Below are positions 46,396 to 58,464 of a stretch of DNA of 64,000 nt, piece after piece. The notes beneath the pieces were generated by a model. That model saw only the letters and a program-made list of their open reading frames with translations. It searched no databases and was not told the origin of the DNA. Position numbers and translations under genes: made by a program. Origin of the DNA: Rhizorhapis sp. (lineage in GTDB: Bacteria; Pseudomonadota; Alphaproteobacteria; Sphingomonadales; Sphingomonadaceae); NCBI GenBank assembly GCA_036570425.1, contig DATCYF010000014.1, positions 357-64,356 of the forward strand, written 5' to 3'. Position 1 is the stretch's first letter. Each line of letters starts with the position of its first letter.

Positions 46396-47326
46396 GCCTG
46401 TCGCCCTGCTGGCGCTTGCACTGGATGCCGCGATCGGCTGGCCTCAAGCAATCTATCGTCGTGTCGGTCATCCAGTGGGGATATTCGCGCGCGCGATCCT
46501 TTGGTGCGAGCTACGATGGAACTTGCAATCACGCACCCAGATATCCCGCCGTGTGTCCGGCGTGGGCACAGTGCTGATGCTGGTGGCGCTCGCTGGCGGC
46601 GTGGGGGCGGTCCTGCAATATGGGCTGCTTGTCCTCGCCGGTCCCTGGGCCTGGCCACTTATCGCGCTGTTGGCGGTGGCGGGACTCGCGCAGCGAAGCC
46701 TTTACGATCATGTGGCCCCGGTTGCTTTAGCGCTGGAGGCCGGGGATGTCCCCGCAGCGCGCGCCGCCGTCGCCATGATCGTCGGCCGCGATACGGAAGT
46801 CTTGGATGAGGCAGGCATAGCACGCGCTGCGATTGAGAGCCTTGCGGAAAGTTTCTGTGACGGAGTGGTGGCCCCTCTCTTCTGGCTGCTGGCCCTGGGC
46901 CTTCCAGGTATCTGGGTCTACAAGGCAATTAATACAGCTGACAGCATGATCGGCCACCGGGAGGAACGGTGGCGCGCCTTCGGCTGGGCTGCCGCTCGCA
47001 CAGACGACCTCCTGAACCTTGTTCCGGCGCGGCTTGGCGGCTTGCTGATCTGCCTTGCCGGTTCCGGCGGATGGGGGATCATGTGGCGTGATAGCGCCAG
47101 GCATGCTTCACCCAATGCAGGCTGGCCGGGGGCGGCGATGGCGGGCGCATTGGGGCTGAAACTTGCGGGGCCAATTGCCTATGACGGCGTTTGCCAGAAG
47201 AAGCCATGGATCGGCAAAGGAGAAAGCAGCGCCGGACCTGCCGACATTCGGCGCGCGCTTGCGATCTATGTCCGTGCTTGCCTTTACCTCTGGTTCCTGA
47301 CGGGAATTCTCATATGGGCGCTGTGA
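46388..47326 (+). CDS. cbiB: Adenosylcobinamide-phosphate synthase
   Basis: Membrane protein with HPV near the N-terminus (RVGHPVGIF) and an NTADSMIGH block. 8-nt overlap with cobD. Confidence 0.9.
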   Translation: MVEPVALLALALDAAIGWPQAIYRRVGHPVGIFARAILWCELRWNLQSRTQISRRVSGVGTVLMLVALAGGVGAVLQYGLLVLAGPWAWPLIALLAVAGLAQRSLYDHVAPVALALEAGDVPAARAAVAMIVGRDTEVLDEAGIARAAIESLAESFCDGVVAPLFWLLALGLPGIWVYKAINTADSMIGHREERWRAFGWAAARTDDLLNLVPARLGGLLICLAGSGGWGIMWRDSARHASPNAGWPGAAMAGALGLKLAGPIAYDGVCQKKPWIGKGESSAGPADIRRALAIYVRACLYLWFLTGILIWAL

Positions 47327-47859
47327 TGCTTCGGGAAACAGATGTAGGCGAGCCCCGCAATATGCTCGTTCTTGGCGGTGCCCGTTCAGGCAAAAGCCGC
47401 TATGCCCAGCAATGCGCTGAAACCTTCGCCGGAGAACTTGTCTTCGTCGCAACTGCCCAGGCTTTCGATGATGAAATGACCGAACGTATCGAACGTCACC
47501 AGTCCGATCGCGGCAAGCGCTGGCGAACCATCGAGGAGCCCCTTGAGATCGCAAACATTATCGTTAGGCATGCGGCGCCCGAGCGTCTCCTCCTGATCGA
47601 TTGTCTGACTTTGTGGACCTCAAACCTCCTGTTTGCCGAGCGTGACATTCCGGAGGAGACAGAGAAGCTCGTGTCAGCAATCCGGGCCACTCGCGGCCCG
47701 CTGATCTTCGTGGCGAACGAGGTGGGATTGGGCATCGTTCCCGATAATGCGCTGGCCCGGCGGTTTCGCGATGCTGCCGGTACAATCAATCAAGCCGTTG
47801 CCCATGCCGTTCAAGAAGCTGTTTTTATGGCGGCAGGGCTTCCCCTGCGGCTCAAATAG
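47326..47859 (+). CDS. cobU: Bifunctional adenosylcobinamide kinase / cobinamide-phosphate guanylyltransferase
   Basis: P-loop LVLGGARSGKS, IERHQSDRG (catalytic His) and IDCLTLW. TGATG overlap with cbiB; ATG 47362 is an alternative start. Confidence 0.9.
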   Translation: MLRETDVGEPRNMLVLGGARSGKSRYAQQCAETFAGELVFVATAQAFDDEMTERIERHQSDRGKRWRTIEEPLEIANIIVRHAAPERLLLIDCLTLWTSNLLFAERDIPEETEKLVSAIRATRGPLIFVANEVGLGIVPDNALARRFRDAAGTINQAVAHAVQEAVFMAAGLPLRLK

Positions 47860-47870
47860 CGCCTCAACCC

Positions 47871-48395
47871 TCAGAACGGAACTTCGTCGTCCAGATCATT
47901 GTCGAAATTAGGTCCGCTGCTGCGCGGCTTTTCGTTTTTGCTGCTGCCGAGACCGCCATTATCATAGCCGCCTGACGCGCCCCAACCGTCATCGCTGCGT
48001 CCGCCGCCGAAGTTACCACCCCCTGCGGATCCGGAACCGCCTTCGCGGCCATCAAGCATCACAAGTTTGGCGTCGAAACCCTGCAGCACGACTTCGGTCG
48101 TATAGCGGTCCTGACCACTCTGATCCTGCCATTTCCGTGTGCGCAGTTGGCCTTCTACATAGACCTTGCTGCCCTTGCGCAGGAAGCGTTCAGCGACATT
48201 GACCAGGCCTTCCGAGAAAATAGCGACAGTGTGCCATTCGGTCCGGTCCTTGCGCTCGCCCGTATTCCGATCCTTCCAGCTTTCGCTGGTCGCGATGCGG
48301 ATATTGCAGACCTTGCCGCCATTCTGGAAGCTGCGAACTTCCGGCTCCGCGCCAAGATTCCCGATCAGAATCACCTTGTTGACGCTGCCTGCCAT
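47871..48395 (-). CDS. ssb: Single-stranded DNA-binding protein
   Basis: [23 protein letters not shown]-fold start, Gly-rich linker, and acidic tail DDLDDEVPF. The track ORF extends upstream artefactually. Confidence 0.95.
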   Translation of the reverse strand: MAGSVNKVILIGNLGAEPEVRSFQNGGKVCNIRIATSESWKDRNTGERKDRTEWHTVAIFSEGLVNVAERFLRKGSKVYVEGQLRTRKWQDQSGQDRYTTEVVLQGFDAKLVMLDGREGGSGSAGGGNFGGGRSDDGWGASGGYDNGGLGSSKNEKPRSSGPNFDNDLDDEVPF

Positions 48396-48456
48396 ATTGT
48401 CTCCTGTCGTCTCGCAAATTGGGTGGCGGTCAGCGCCGCGCATATGAAAGCGCTCT

Positions 48457-50319
48457 TTATAGTCCCAGAGCGGTCGCCGTCCAGAAGGTAATGCCAGCAA
48501 AGATGTAGGCCAGAGCAAAGAGGTACGCGACCATGAACATCGGCCAGCGCCAGCCATTGGTTTCACGCCGCGCAACCGCAATTGTCGATATGCACTGCGG
48601 GGCAAAAACAAACCATGCAAGGAAGGCGAGTGCGGTCGGCAGCGACCAGCGGCCCTGAAGCCGCTGACTGAGGGATTGTTCCGTCTTGGCCTCGTCGTCG
48701 CTTTGCTCAATGGAATAAACAGTCGCGAGTGCCGACACGGCTACCTCGCGCGCGGCCATGGCAGGCACAAGCGCCAATGAAATGTCGCGGTTGAATCCGA
48801 TGGGCTCCAGAACGGTATTAAGGCCGCCCGCAATCCGCCCGGCTATGCTGTAGTCTACAGGAGACACATTGCTGCCTTCGGGCGGCTTGGGGAAGCTGAG
48901 CAGCGCCCACAGGACGATGGTTGAAATAAAAATGATCGTTCCGGCACGCTTCAGGAAGATGGCGGCCCGTTGCCATAATCCCAGAAGAATGTCGCGCGGA
49001 CGAGGCCACTGATATTTGGGCATTTCCATCAGGAAACCGCTGCTCTTGCCTTTAGTCACGCTCCGTCGCAGCACGAGCGCAGCCACCAGCGCGCCGACAA
49101 TGCCAGTCACATAGAGCACGAACAGCACCAGCCCCTGCAAACCGATGCCCCAACCCACTGTCCTGTTCGGAATGAAAGCCGCAATGATCAATGTGTAGAC
49201 CGGCAGCCGCGCCGAACAGGTCATCAGCGGCGCGATCAGGATCGTGGTCAAACGATCCTTATGATCGCTGATCGTCCGGGTCGCCATGATGCCGGGAATG
49301 GCGCAGGCAAAGGAAGAAAGCAGCGGAATGAAGGCCCGCCCGGAAAGACCGACGCGCGCCATTAGCCCATCCATGATAAAGGCTGCGCGGACCATATAGC
49401 CCGTGGCTTCCAGCATCAGAATGAAGAAGAACAGAACAAGGATCTGCGGCAGGAAGACGACCACCGAGCCCACACCGTTGATGACGCCGTCAACCAGGAA
49501 GGATCGCACGATCCCTTCCGGCACTTGCTGCGTCACAAAGGTTCCGACGGCTGCAAACCAGCCTTCAATCATCCCTATGGGCGCTTCGGACCAGGCAAAG
49601 ACTGCCTGAAACATGACGAAAAGCAGCGCGGCAAGAATGATTGGCCCGGCGATCGGATGCAGGACGACCGAGTCTATAGCTAATGTCAGCCGTCGGACTG
49701 GCGTTTCCGAAACGATGGCGTTGCGGGCAAATTGCCGCGCCCGCGCCTGGACTTCATGAAAATCTGGCGAGTCCTGCGGCGCAGCGCCAACCCGGCTGTG
49801 GCCCTGGAGGACCATGGCCCCCAACGCATTTCGCAGTTCGTCCAGTCCGCGCTTGCGCACGGCGATGGTCGGAATAACCGGCACACCAAGGTCGCGGGAC
49901 AGAGCAGCGGGATCAAGCTCCAGGCCATCTCGCTTTGCCAGATCCACCATGTTGAGTGCTACGACGACCGGCAGCCCAAGTGCGATAAGTTCCAGCGCGA
50001 ATCGCAAATGATTGTCCAGATTGGCTGCATCGAGAACCACGACCAGGACGTCGGGTTGCCGCTCACCGGCTTGTCTGCCCAAAACGACATCGCGAGTGAC
50101 CTGTTCGTCGGGGCTGGCTGCATCAAGGCTGTATGTGCCCGGGAGGTCGACCAGTTCGACGGGACGCCCATCACTGAGGGGCAGGCGGCCGGACTTCCGT
50201 TCCACCGTAACCCCGGGATAATTGCCAAGCTTCTGCCGTGCGCCGGTAAGAGCGTTGAAGAGTGCGCTTTTTCCAGCATTGGGATTGCCTACGAGAGCAA
50301 TCAGGGGAATCCTGCTCAT
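48457..50319 (-). CDS. feoB: Ferrous iron transporter B
   Basis: G-domain [20 protein letters not shown] and DLPGTYSL, followed by a polytopic C-terminal domain. The ATG overlaps the feoA stop (ATGA). Confidence 0.95.
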   Translation of the reverse strand: MSRIPLIALVGNPNAGKSALFNALTGARQKLGNYPGVTVERKSGRLPLSDGRPVELVDLPGTYSLDAASPDEQVTRDVVLGRQAGERQPDVLVVVLDAANLDNHLRFALELIALGLPVVVALNMVDLAKRDGLELDPAALSRDLGVPVIPTIAVRKRGLDELRNALGAMVLQGHSRVGAAPQDSPDFHEVQARARQFARNAIVSETPVRRLTLAIDSVVLHPIAGPIILAALLFVMFQAVFAWSEAPIGMIEGWFAAVGTFVTQQVPEGIVRSFLVDGVINGVGSVVVFLPQILVLFFFILMLEATGYMVRAAFIMDGLMARVGLSGRAFIPLLSSFACAIPGIMATRTISDHKDRLTTILIAPLMTCSARLPVYTLIIAAFIPNRTVGWGIGLQGLVLFVLYVTGIVGALVAALVLRRSVTKGKSSGFLMEMPKYQWPRPRDILLGLWQRAAIFLKRAGTIIFISTIVLWALLSFPKPPEGSNVSPVDYSIAGRIAGGLNTVLEPIGFNRDISLALVPAMAAREVAVSALATVYSIEQSDDEAKTEQSLSQRLQGRWSLPTALAFLAWFVFAPQCISTIAVARRETNGWRWPMFMVAYLFALAYIFAGITFWTATALGL

Positions 50320-50570
50320 GTTCTTGTCGCTGCCTCCGGGCGCACCGTGATGGCGGCAGCGTGAAAGCGACGCATTGCGATAAGCATGCGGCCGACGCGG
50401 CAAGCGATGGGGCCGCGCCGCAGCAATCCGCCGTGGTGCAGTGTCTCTATCGAGACGCCTTCGCCGACACCCAATTCCCGAAGACGCTGACCTTCCAGAT
50501 CGGATAGTTCCGACCAGTTCACATGATCGATGCAGGCCGGTTGGCGAAGCGGAAGCTGGTCAAGGCGCAA
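50316..50570 (-). CDS. feoA: Ferrous iron transport protein A
   Basis: 84-aa SH3-like FeoA pattern (LRELGVGEGVSIE...) immediately upstream of feoB. Confidence 0.85.
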   Translation of the reverse strand: MRLDQLPLRQPACIDHVNWSELSDLEGQRLRELGVGEGVSIETLHHGGLLRRGPIACRVGRMLIAMRRFHAAAITVRPEAATRT

Positions 50571-50613
50571 GGGCTTACTTTCAGGACAAACGAATATAGT
50601 ATCAAACCTTGCG

Positions 50614-50630
50614 ACTAATTATCAATAACG
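50614..50630. promoter_or_regulatory. Candidate Fur box upstream of feoA
   Basis: ACTAATTATCAATAACG (reverse complement CGTTATTGATAATTAGT) contains a TTGATAAT core resembling the Fur consensus. It lies 44-60 nt upstream of the feoA start, in an AT-rich patch. Confidence 0.35.
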
Positions 50631-50663
50631 CGGGGAAAACGCCAGCCCACATATTTCCAGAAC

Positions 50664-51326
50664 CTAAATGGCTGGGTAGCGGAGGCGGCCAACGAAACGG
50701 GAAAGACTGGGGCGACGCTCCCTCCGCTCCTGCCAGCGATGTTTCGCGCGTTCGAACCGGATGATTCCGTCGATCCGCCGTGCCAGGAAACCCCGGGTTT
50801 CTCTCTCTCCCTCACTCTCATCATCCAGAAAGACGAGGAGCGTCGCAGCGTATACGCTGGCCAGAATGATGCGTTTGCTGTAGTGATTGAAATCGGTCGC
50901 CTGATCACCTGCCAATCGCCAGATGCGATCGGCTGTGCGCCACCCGTATTTCGCGGCCTTGCCCAGATTCTGTGGCAGAGCCAGAAGCGACTGCGCCCTG
51001 CGCAGCGCCTCCCGATGCATTTTCACCATGTCGAGTCGCGCCTGCACAAGCGCTGCGATCCTGTCCCGCATTTTCATTTCGCTCAGTGTCTGGGCCGGAA
51101 TAGCTTGCGTCAGCGCTTCGTCCAGCGACTCGAACCAGGCATTGATCATGTCCGTGGCGCCGCCGGGGAACGCCAATTCCAGCATTTGGGAATCCAGCCC
51201 CGTCTCCCGCGCCGCACTCACCAGGGCCGCACTGGTCCAGCCATCGAACACAGCGTGAGCAGGCAGTAATGGCGCCACATAGGCGCGCACTTCATCCAGC
51301 GTCGGATCATCAGGCAATTTGGTCAT
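50664..51326 (-). CDS. COQ9-family protein (rpsU-divergently-transcribed type)
   Basis: From MTKLPDD.... It contains ...DQATDFNHYSKRIILASVYAATLLVFLDDES, matching the conserved DFNWYTKRxxLaxVY block of COQ9-like proteins. Confidence 0.7.
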   Translation of the reverse strand: MTKLPDDPTLDEVRAYVAPLLPAHAVFDGWTSAALVSAARETGLDSQMLELAFPGGATDMINAWFESLDEALTQAIPAQTLSEMKMRDRIAALVQARLDMVKMHREALRRAQSLLALPQNLGKAAKYGWRTADRIWRLAGDQATDFNHYSKRIILASVYAATLLVFLDDESEGERETRGFLARRIDGIIRFERAKHRWQERRERRPSLSRFVGRLRYPAI

Positions 51327-51411
51327 AACGGTCTGGGCCTCAATCTGGCGGGCCCCCAATGTAATGGACGCGCCAGCCTGGGCAAGGAAGGATTTCGTCC
51401 GTGAACCCCGA

Positions 51412-51834
51412 TTAGCCCGCGAATCTCTGGCCAATTTCGAACATGGCAATGGCAGCCTTCGCCGCCTCTCCGCCCTTGTCCTTTTCGGCCATGCGAGCGC
51501 GAGCAAGCGCTTGAGCCTCATCTTCCACGGTCAATATCCCATTGCCGATCGCCAGTCCGTCCATCGAAAGCGCCATCAGACCGCGCGCGCTCTCATTGGA
51601 CACCACCTCGAAATGGTAGGTTTCGCCCCGAATCACCACGCCAATGGCGACGAAGCCATCATAACGGCCCGACTCAGCGGCCATTGCTATAGCGCCCGGA
51701 ATTTCCAGAGCGCCGGGCACTGTCAGCACTTCATATTTATGTCCCGCCTCATCCAGCGCCGCCTGAGCGCCTGCAATCAGCATATCGTTCAGATGGTCGT
51801 AGAAGCGCGCCTCGACGATCAAGAATTTAGCCAT
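51412..51834 (-). CDS. ribH: 6,7-dimethyl-8-ribityllumazine synthase
   Basis: [20 protein letters not shown] and [14 protein letters not shown] motifs. Confidence 0.9.
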   Translation of the reverse strand: MAKFLIVEARFYDHLNDMLIAGAQAALDEAGHKYEVLTVPGALEIPGAIAMAAESGRYDGFVAIGVVIRGETYHFEVVSNESARGLMALSMDGLAIGNGILTVEDEAQALARARMAEKDKGGEAAKAAIAMFEIGQRFAG

Positions 51835-51846
51835 TGATCTTATCCT

Positions 51847-53127
51847 TCAATTTTCGATGGGCTGCTTGCCAACCACGGCCAGTTCATAGCCGTCAAGCGC
51901 CACAAGACTGTGATGGCTGTTGGTTAATAGAATCATTTCATGCACACCCATCTCCGCCAATATCTGCGCACCGACGCCATAGTCGCGCAGTTCGTCCATA
52001 TTGGGCTCTTCCATGCCTGCCTTCATACGGAACATGCGCGTAAAAGCGTCAGGCGTATGGCGGTTCAGAATGACCACAACGCCCGATCCTGCCTCTCCAA
52101 TGATCTCCATGGAACGCGACAGGAGCTTACTGCGCGGTCCTTCCTGACCCAACAGGTCAGTGAAGGGAGAGAATTGATGCATGCGCACCAAAGTTGGCGT
52201 GTCGAGGCTGATGCGCCCTTTTTGGAGGGCTATCTGTTCCGTGCCGGTCGCCTTGTTGAAGAAGGTCATGGCAGTCCAGTCGCCACCCCAGCGGCTGGTG
52301 AATTGCACTTCCGACCGTTTCTGGACCAAATGATCATTGCGCCGCCGATAGGCTATAAGATCACGGATCGTCCCGATCTTCAGCCGGTGCTTTTGCGCGA
52401 AGGGGATAAGATCATCCATTCGCGCCATTGTGCCGTCATCTTTCATGATTTCGCAGATGACACCGGAGGGATTCAGTCCCGCCAACCGCGCCACATCCAC
52501 TGCCGCCTCGGTATGCCCCGTGCGCACGAGCACGCCACCATCGCGAGCGACCAGGGGAAAAACATGGCCAGGCGTAACAATATCGTCCTTGCCGCGCCCT
52601 GCATCGATTGCAACCGCGATCGTGCGGGCCCGATCACCCGCGCTAATGCCCGTAGTTACCCCCTCCCGCGCTTCAATCGACACCGTGAAAGCCGTTTCAT
52701 GCCGCGTACCATTATTCCGGCTCATCAGGTCCAGCCCCAAGGCCTCCACGCGATCCCGGGTCAGCGCAAGGCAGATAAGGCCCCGGCCATGAGTCGCCAT
52801 GAAATTGATGGCTTCCGGCGTCGCCATCTGCGCCGGAATCACGAGATCGCCCTCATTCTCCCGGTCCTCGTCATCGACCAGAATGAACATTCGTCCATTG
52901 CGAGCTTCGTTGATGATTTCTTCCGGGCTTGCCAGCGCGGTGCCGCCCTCTCGCTTCAGAAGATAGGTTTCGAGCTTACCCAGCGTGTCGGCGGTCGGAT
53001 TCCAATCGGGTTCGTCCATCCGACGCAAGGAATTCGCATGCAGCCCCGCTGCCCGCGCGAGACCCGACCGCGACATGCCTCCATCGGAAATCAAGCCGCG
53101 TAACTTCTCCATCAAATCGGCGCTCAC
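51847..53127 (-). CDS. ribB: 3,4-dihydroxy-2-butanone-4-phosphate synthase with an N-terminal XRE-like HTH extension and a degenerate C-terminal GTP-cyclohydrolase-II-like domain (RibBX type)
   Basis: GTG start at 53127 with an AGGAGAA RBS. The HTH-like segment is MSRSGLARAAGLHANSLRRMDEPDWNPTADTLGKLETYL. The DHBPS motif is DDEDRENEGDL. The C-terminal domain reads VRMHQFSPFTDLLG, where GCH-II has VRVHSECLTGD...CDC. Confidence 0.85.
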   Translation of the reverse strand: MSADLMEKLRGLISDGGMSRSGLARAAGLHANSLRRMDEPDWNPTADTLGKLETYLLKREGGTALASPEEIINEARNGRMFILVDDEDRENEGDLVIPAQMATPEAINFMATHGRGLICLALTRDRVEALGLDLMSRNNGTRHETAFTVSIEAREGVTTGISAGDRARTIAVAIDAGRGKDDIVTPGHVFPLVARDGGVLVRTGHTEAAVDVARLAGLNPSGVICEIMKDDGTMARMDDLIPFAQKHRLKIGTIRDLIAYRRRNDHLVQKRSEVQFTSRWGGDWTAMTFFNKATGTEQIALQKGRISLDTPTLVRMHQFSPFTDLLGQEGPRSKLLSRSMEIIGEAGSGVVVILNRHTPDAFTRMFRMKAGMEEPNMDELRDYGVGAQILAEMGVHEMILLTNSHHSLVALDGYELAVVGKQPIEN

Positions 53128-53166
53128 TGCATTTTCTCCTGCTCATACCGAAGATTGAGGAGTCCG

Positions 53167-53209
53167 AATATCACATCACACTGTGATCGAATAGTAAGAA
53201 ATATCACAT
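53167..53209. promoter_or_regulatory. Operator-like repeats upstream of ribBX
   Basis: AATATCACAT occurs at 53167-53176 and again at 53200-53209 (33-bp spacing). The palindrome ATCACA-C-TGTGAT lies at 53175-53187. All are in the AT-rich patch 40-80 nt upstream of the ribB start. Confidence 0.4.
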
Positions 53210-53339
53210 TGCCGATTTTGCGCCCTATGTAGATCACGTTAAAGGCGCCGGAACACCGACCGCCGTGCCAAAGCTAATGCTTGAATGTGAAGTAGCGACA
53301 GGAAAGAGCGCCGCGACTGGCGCATTATACAGGAAAAAA

Positions 53340-53414
<75 letters not shown>

Positions 53415-53528
53415 ATGACCATTTACCCGACTCTGGCGCGGGACTTTGGAAGCGGGCCTATGGCCGCAGCCCATGCCTCTTGTCAAGGCGGCTTGCCCAT
53501 TTCGATCGAAAATCGCTATCAGCGCGGC

Positions 53529-53654
53529 ATGAGCAAAGGCGATGAAGAACGTGCAAAGCGGCTGGCGGAAGCGCTCCGGCAAAATCTGCGGCGTCGCAAG
53601 GTGCAAGCGCGTGAGGACAAGGGTAAAGACAAAAAACCGGAAGACAGCCGCTGA
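53529..53654 (+). CDS. Possible small basic protein (41 aa)
   Basis: MSKGDEERAKRLAEALRQNLRRRKVQAREDKGKDKKPEDSR. There is no clear RBS and only moderate GC3. The upstream part of the track ORF overlaps the tRNA and is not credible. Confidence 0.3.
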   Translation: MSKGDEERAKRLAEALRQNLRRRKVQAREDKGKDKKPEDSR

Positions 53655-56207
<2,553 letters not shown>

Positions 56208-56375
56208 CGGGTTCATCGCAGCGAAACTCGCCAATGCCTTCTGAAAGGCCGTTCGATCGATTGCCGCACATGGGAATTGATCGACGGCCAAGCCGAGATT
56301 TCTATCATTCGCTTGTGGCCTCTAAGCGAACCATTCCAGCGGGCACGTCCGCAGAGCTTCCCGCCGTACTGTTTG

Positions 56376-57053
56376 TCAGGTGGGAGCCATGGATGATTCA
56401 TCCACACGGAGCATCTTCCCCTTTGTGATGATAACATGATCACCTAGTCCAGCCTGCGAAAACAGCAGCGCTGCAAATTTCGTGGGGATACCGATGCACC
56501 CATGGGTGGCCAGTCCCCATTCTACTTCGCTGCCATGGATAGCAACACCATCATTGGTAAGACGCAGCATGTAAGGCATCGGTGCATCGTAGAGATTGGA
56601 AACATGGTCTTCATCCTTCTCCATAATGGAGAAGGTGCCCAGAGGAGTAGGCTTGTCATCGGCCCCATAAAGAATGACGGCGGCCCCTATTTCATAGCCG
56701 GCGCGGAAAACCGAGAGTGTCTGTGCGGCAAGATCAATGGTGATGACCACGGGACCATCAGGAACACCCTTGTCGTCCCAAACATAATCGCCGTGCTCGA
56801 ACGGCCCATCGATATGAAGGATGCGCTTCACAACAAATGTCTGTTGGGATGAGGGGGCGGCGACGGGATGATCAGCCGTCTTTTCCAAAACTTTTACGGG
56901 CGCGCGCGAAGTCAGACCAGACGGGACGGCACTGACAGGCGATCGGGCGGATAAGCTTGCCACCTGACACACTATGACAACCAAGGCTGCAGCAAAGAGC
57001 GGTTTCGCGCGCATCCACGCCCCAACCGCCCTCATCTTTTTCTTCATTATCAA
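56376..57053 (-). CDS. L,D-transpeptidase (YkuD) family protein
   Basis: N-terminal TM/signal segment, then the catalytic motif GVAIHGSEVEWGLATHGCIGIP. Confidence 0.85.
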   Translation of the reverse strand: MIMKKKMRAVGAWMRAKPLFAAALVVIVCQVASLSARSPVSAVPSGLTSRAPVKVLEKTADHPVAAPSSQQTFVVKRILHIDGPFEHGDYVWDDKGVPDGPVVITIDLAAQTLSVFRAGYEIGAAVILYGADDKPTPLGTFSIMEKDEDHVSNLYDAPMPYMLRLTNDGVAIHGSEVEWGLATHGCIGIPTKFAALLFSQAGLGDHVIITKGKMLRVDESSMAPT

Positions 57054-57180
57054 TGCCCTTCATCGCTCTGGGCAGAAATAGCGAAAATATCCGTGTGGGC
57101 CAGATGCTGATTCCGCTTGTGCCGCTGCGGGACGTTTCAGACAGCGAACGTTAACGAGTCAGACTCGCGTCAATAGCGAG

Positions 57181-58464
57181 TCAGCGCGGCAATGGTTCTG
57201 GCGGAGATTCCGAAGCCCGCTGCGCAAATAGTTCAACCCGACTACGGATCTGCTCCTGACGATAGGCGAGATCAGCCATTGGCACCCCGGTGGGAAGCGC
57301 GGCCATCAATTCGTTGAGTTTGGCCAACCGCACGGGCTCCGCGGTAGGATCACCACCTGCGGACACATTCTGCCAACGAATCTGGAACCAGCCCTCATGA
57401 AGACCGGCAGTATCTATCCAGTTGGCGACACCCGGGTCCTGAAGGGCGATCACATAGGTATAGCTGCCATCCGGATTCGGCTTTGCCTGGGTCTTGTTCA
57501 GGCTGGAAATCCGGAGAACGGTTTCCGGGCGTAACGTCCAGGGATCGGTGATCTGAAAACCGATATAGTCCGCCCCCCCATCCTTGGTGGTGACGATCAA
57601 AGCCTCGTCATCCGCCAGCTTGAACCGGCCGCCGCCAATATAACCCCAGCCGCCTTCGCTGTCCCTACGCTGAGGCAGGACGAGGAGGTTCGGCTCCGGA
57701 AAGCCGAAGAAACCATCTTTGAAGCGCCGCCAATAATCGACGAAAGCGGGCGCTGCCTTGACTATTCTGTCGATCAGCGCGGCCTGACTTGGCGCCGGTG
57801 TTATCCCGTTCCCTTCGACCAGCCGAAGCGAGAGAGTCGTCGCTTCCTGTGCCCAATCCGATCGGCTGTCACGCGCGGCCAGCAAGAGTCGACCTGACGC
57901 GACTGGAAGATGATTGCTCCGCCCGTTGATCGGCTTGCTGTCGATCGTCACGCGGAAAGTGCCATCCGGCTCCAGTGTGATCTGTTTATCAGTCAGCGTG
58001 GCGAGATGTTGGCCCATGCCACCGGCAGGGTGCGCCATTTCAACATTAAGGCTGAACTGGCCCGACTTGGGCTTTCCATAACGCCCGACCAACACATAGC
58101 TGCTATCACCATCGATATAGCTCACGCGGTTGGAATTGTCGGGATTGTCACCGGCGATGACGTCTCCCGGAAAGACATGCCCGAACCAGGAGCGCGGAGT
58201 ATTATCGGCGATCCAGATAAGCGCCGGCTCCTTTTGCTCCATGGTGAGTTGCATCAATATATTGCAACGGACCCACTGATCGAGGACTCGATCCAACGCC
58301 TCCCGGCCATCGATCGATTGCGCCCCGGGATCAGCAAGCATCATCTGCCGCAGCTTCTCCCGCACGGCTTGCATTTCCGGCAGGGCCTCAATCCGCAACG
58401 CCTCTTTCTCGGCCGTGATCTGCGCTGGTGTCGCAAGGGGATTGGCGCGCATCTGCGTAGTCAT
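57181..58464 (-). CDS. Conserved-looking hypothetical protein (427 aa, no signal peptide)
   Basis: Long clean ORF with a GGAGG RBS. I recognise no catalytic motif. Confidence 0.6.
   Translation of the reverse strand: MTTQMRANPLATPAQITAEKEALRIEALPEMQAVREKLRQMMLADPGAQSIDGREALDRVLDQWVRCNILMQLTMEQKEPALIWIADNTPRSWFGHVFPGDVIAGDNPDNSNRVSYIDGDSSYVLVGRYGKPKSGQFSLNVEMAHPAGGMGQHLATLTDKQITLEPDGTFRVTIDSKPINGRSNHLPVASGRLLLAARDSRSDWAQEATTLSLRLVEGNGITPAPSQAALIDRIVKAAPAFVDYWRRFKDGFFGFPEPNLLVLPQRRDSEGGWGYIGGGRFKLADDEALIVTTKDGGADYIGFQITDPWTLRPETVLRISSLNKTQAKPNPDGSYTYVIALQDPGVANWIDTAGLHEGWFQIRWQNVSAGGDPTAEPVRLAKLNELMAALPTGVPMADLAYRQEQIRSRVELFAQRASESPPEPLPR

Noticed and set aside
51940-53103. 387-aa plus-strand ORF
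   Set aside because: It is antisense to ribBX. The composition is His/Arg-rich with no motifs, and the minus frame has the DHBP synthase signature.
53128-53339. Expected FMN (RFN) riboswitch upstream of ribB
   Set aside because: I looked for the conserved RFN core (GGGCGGGGCGAAATTCCCCACCGGCGG ... GTCAGCAGATCCGGTGAGATGCC type strings) on the minus strand and did not see it. The region is AT-rich with short repeats instead. An Infernal scan is needed to be sure.
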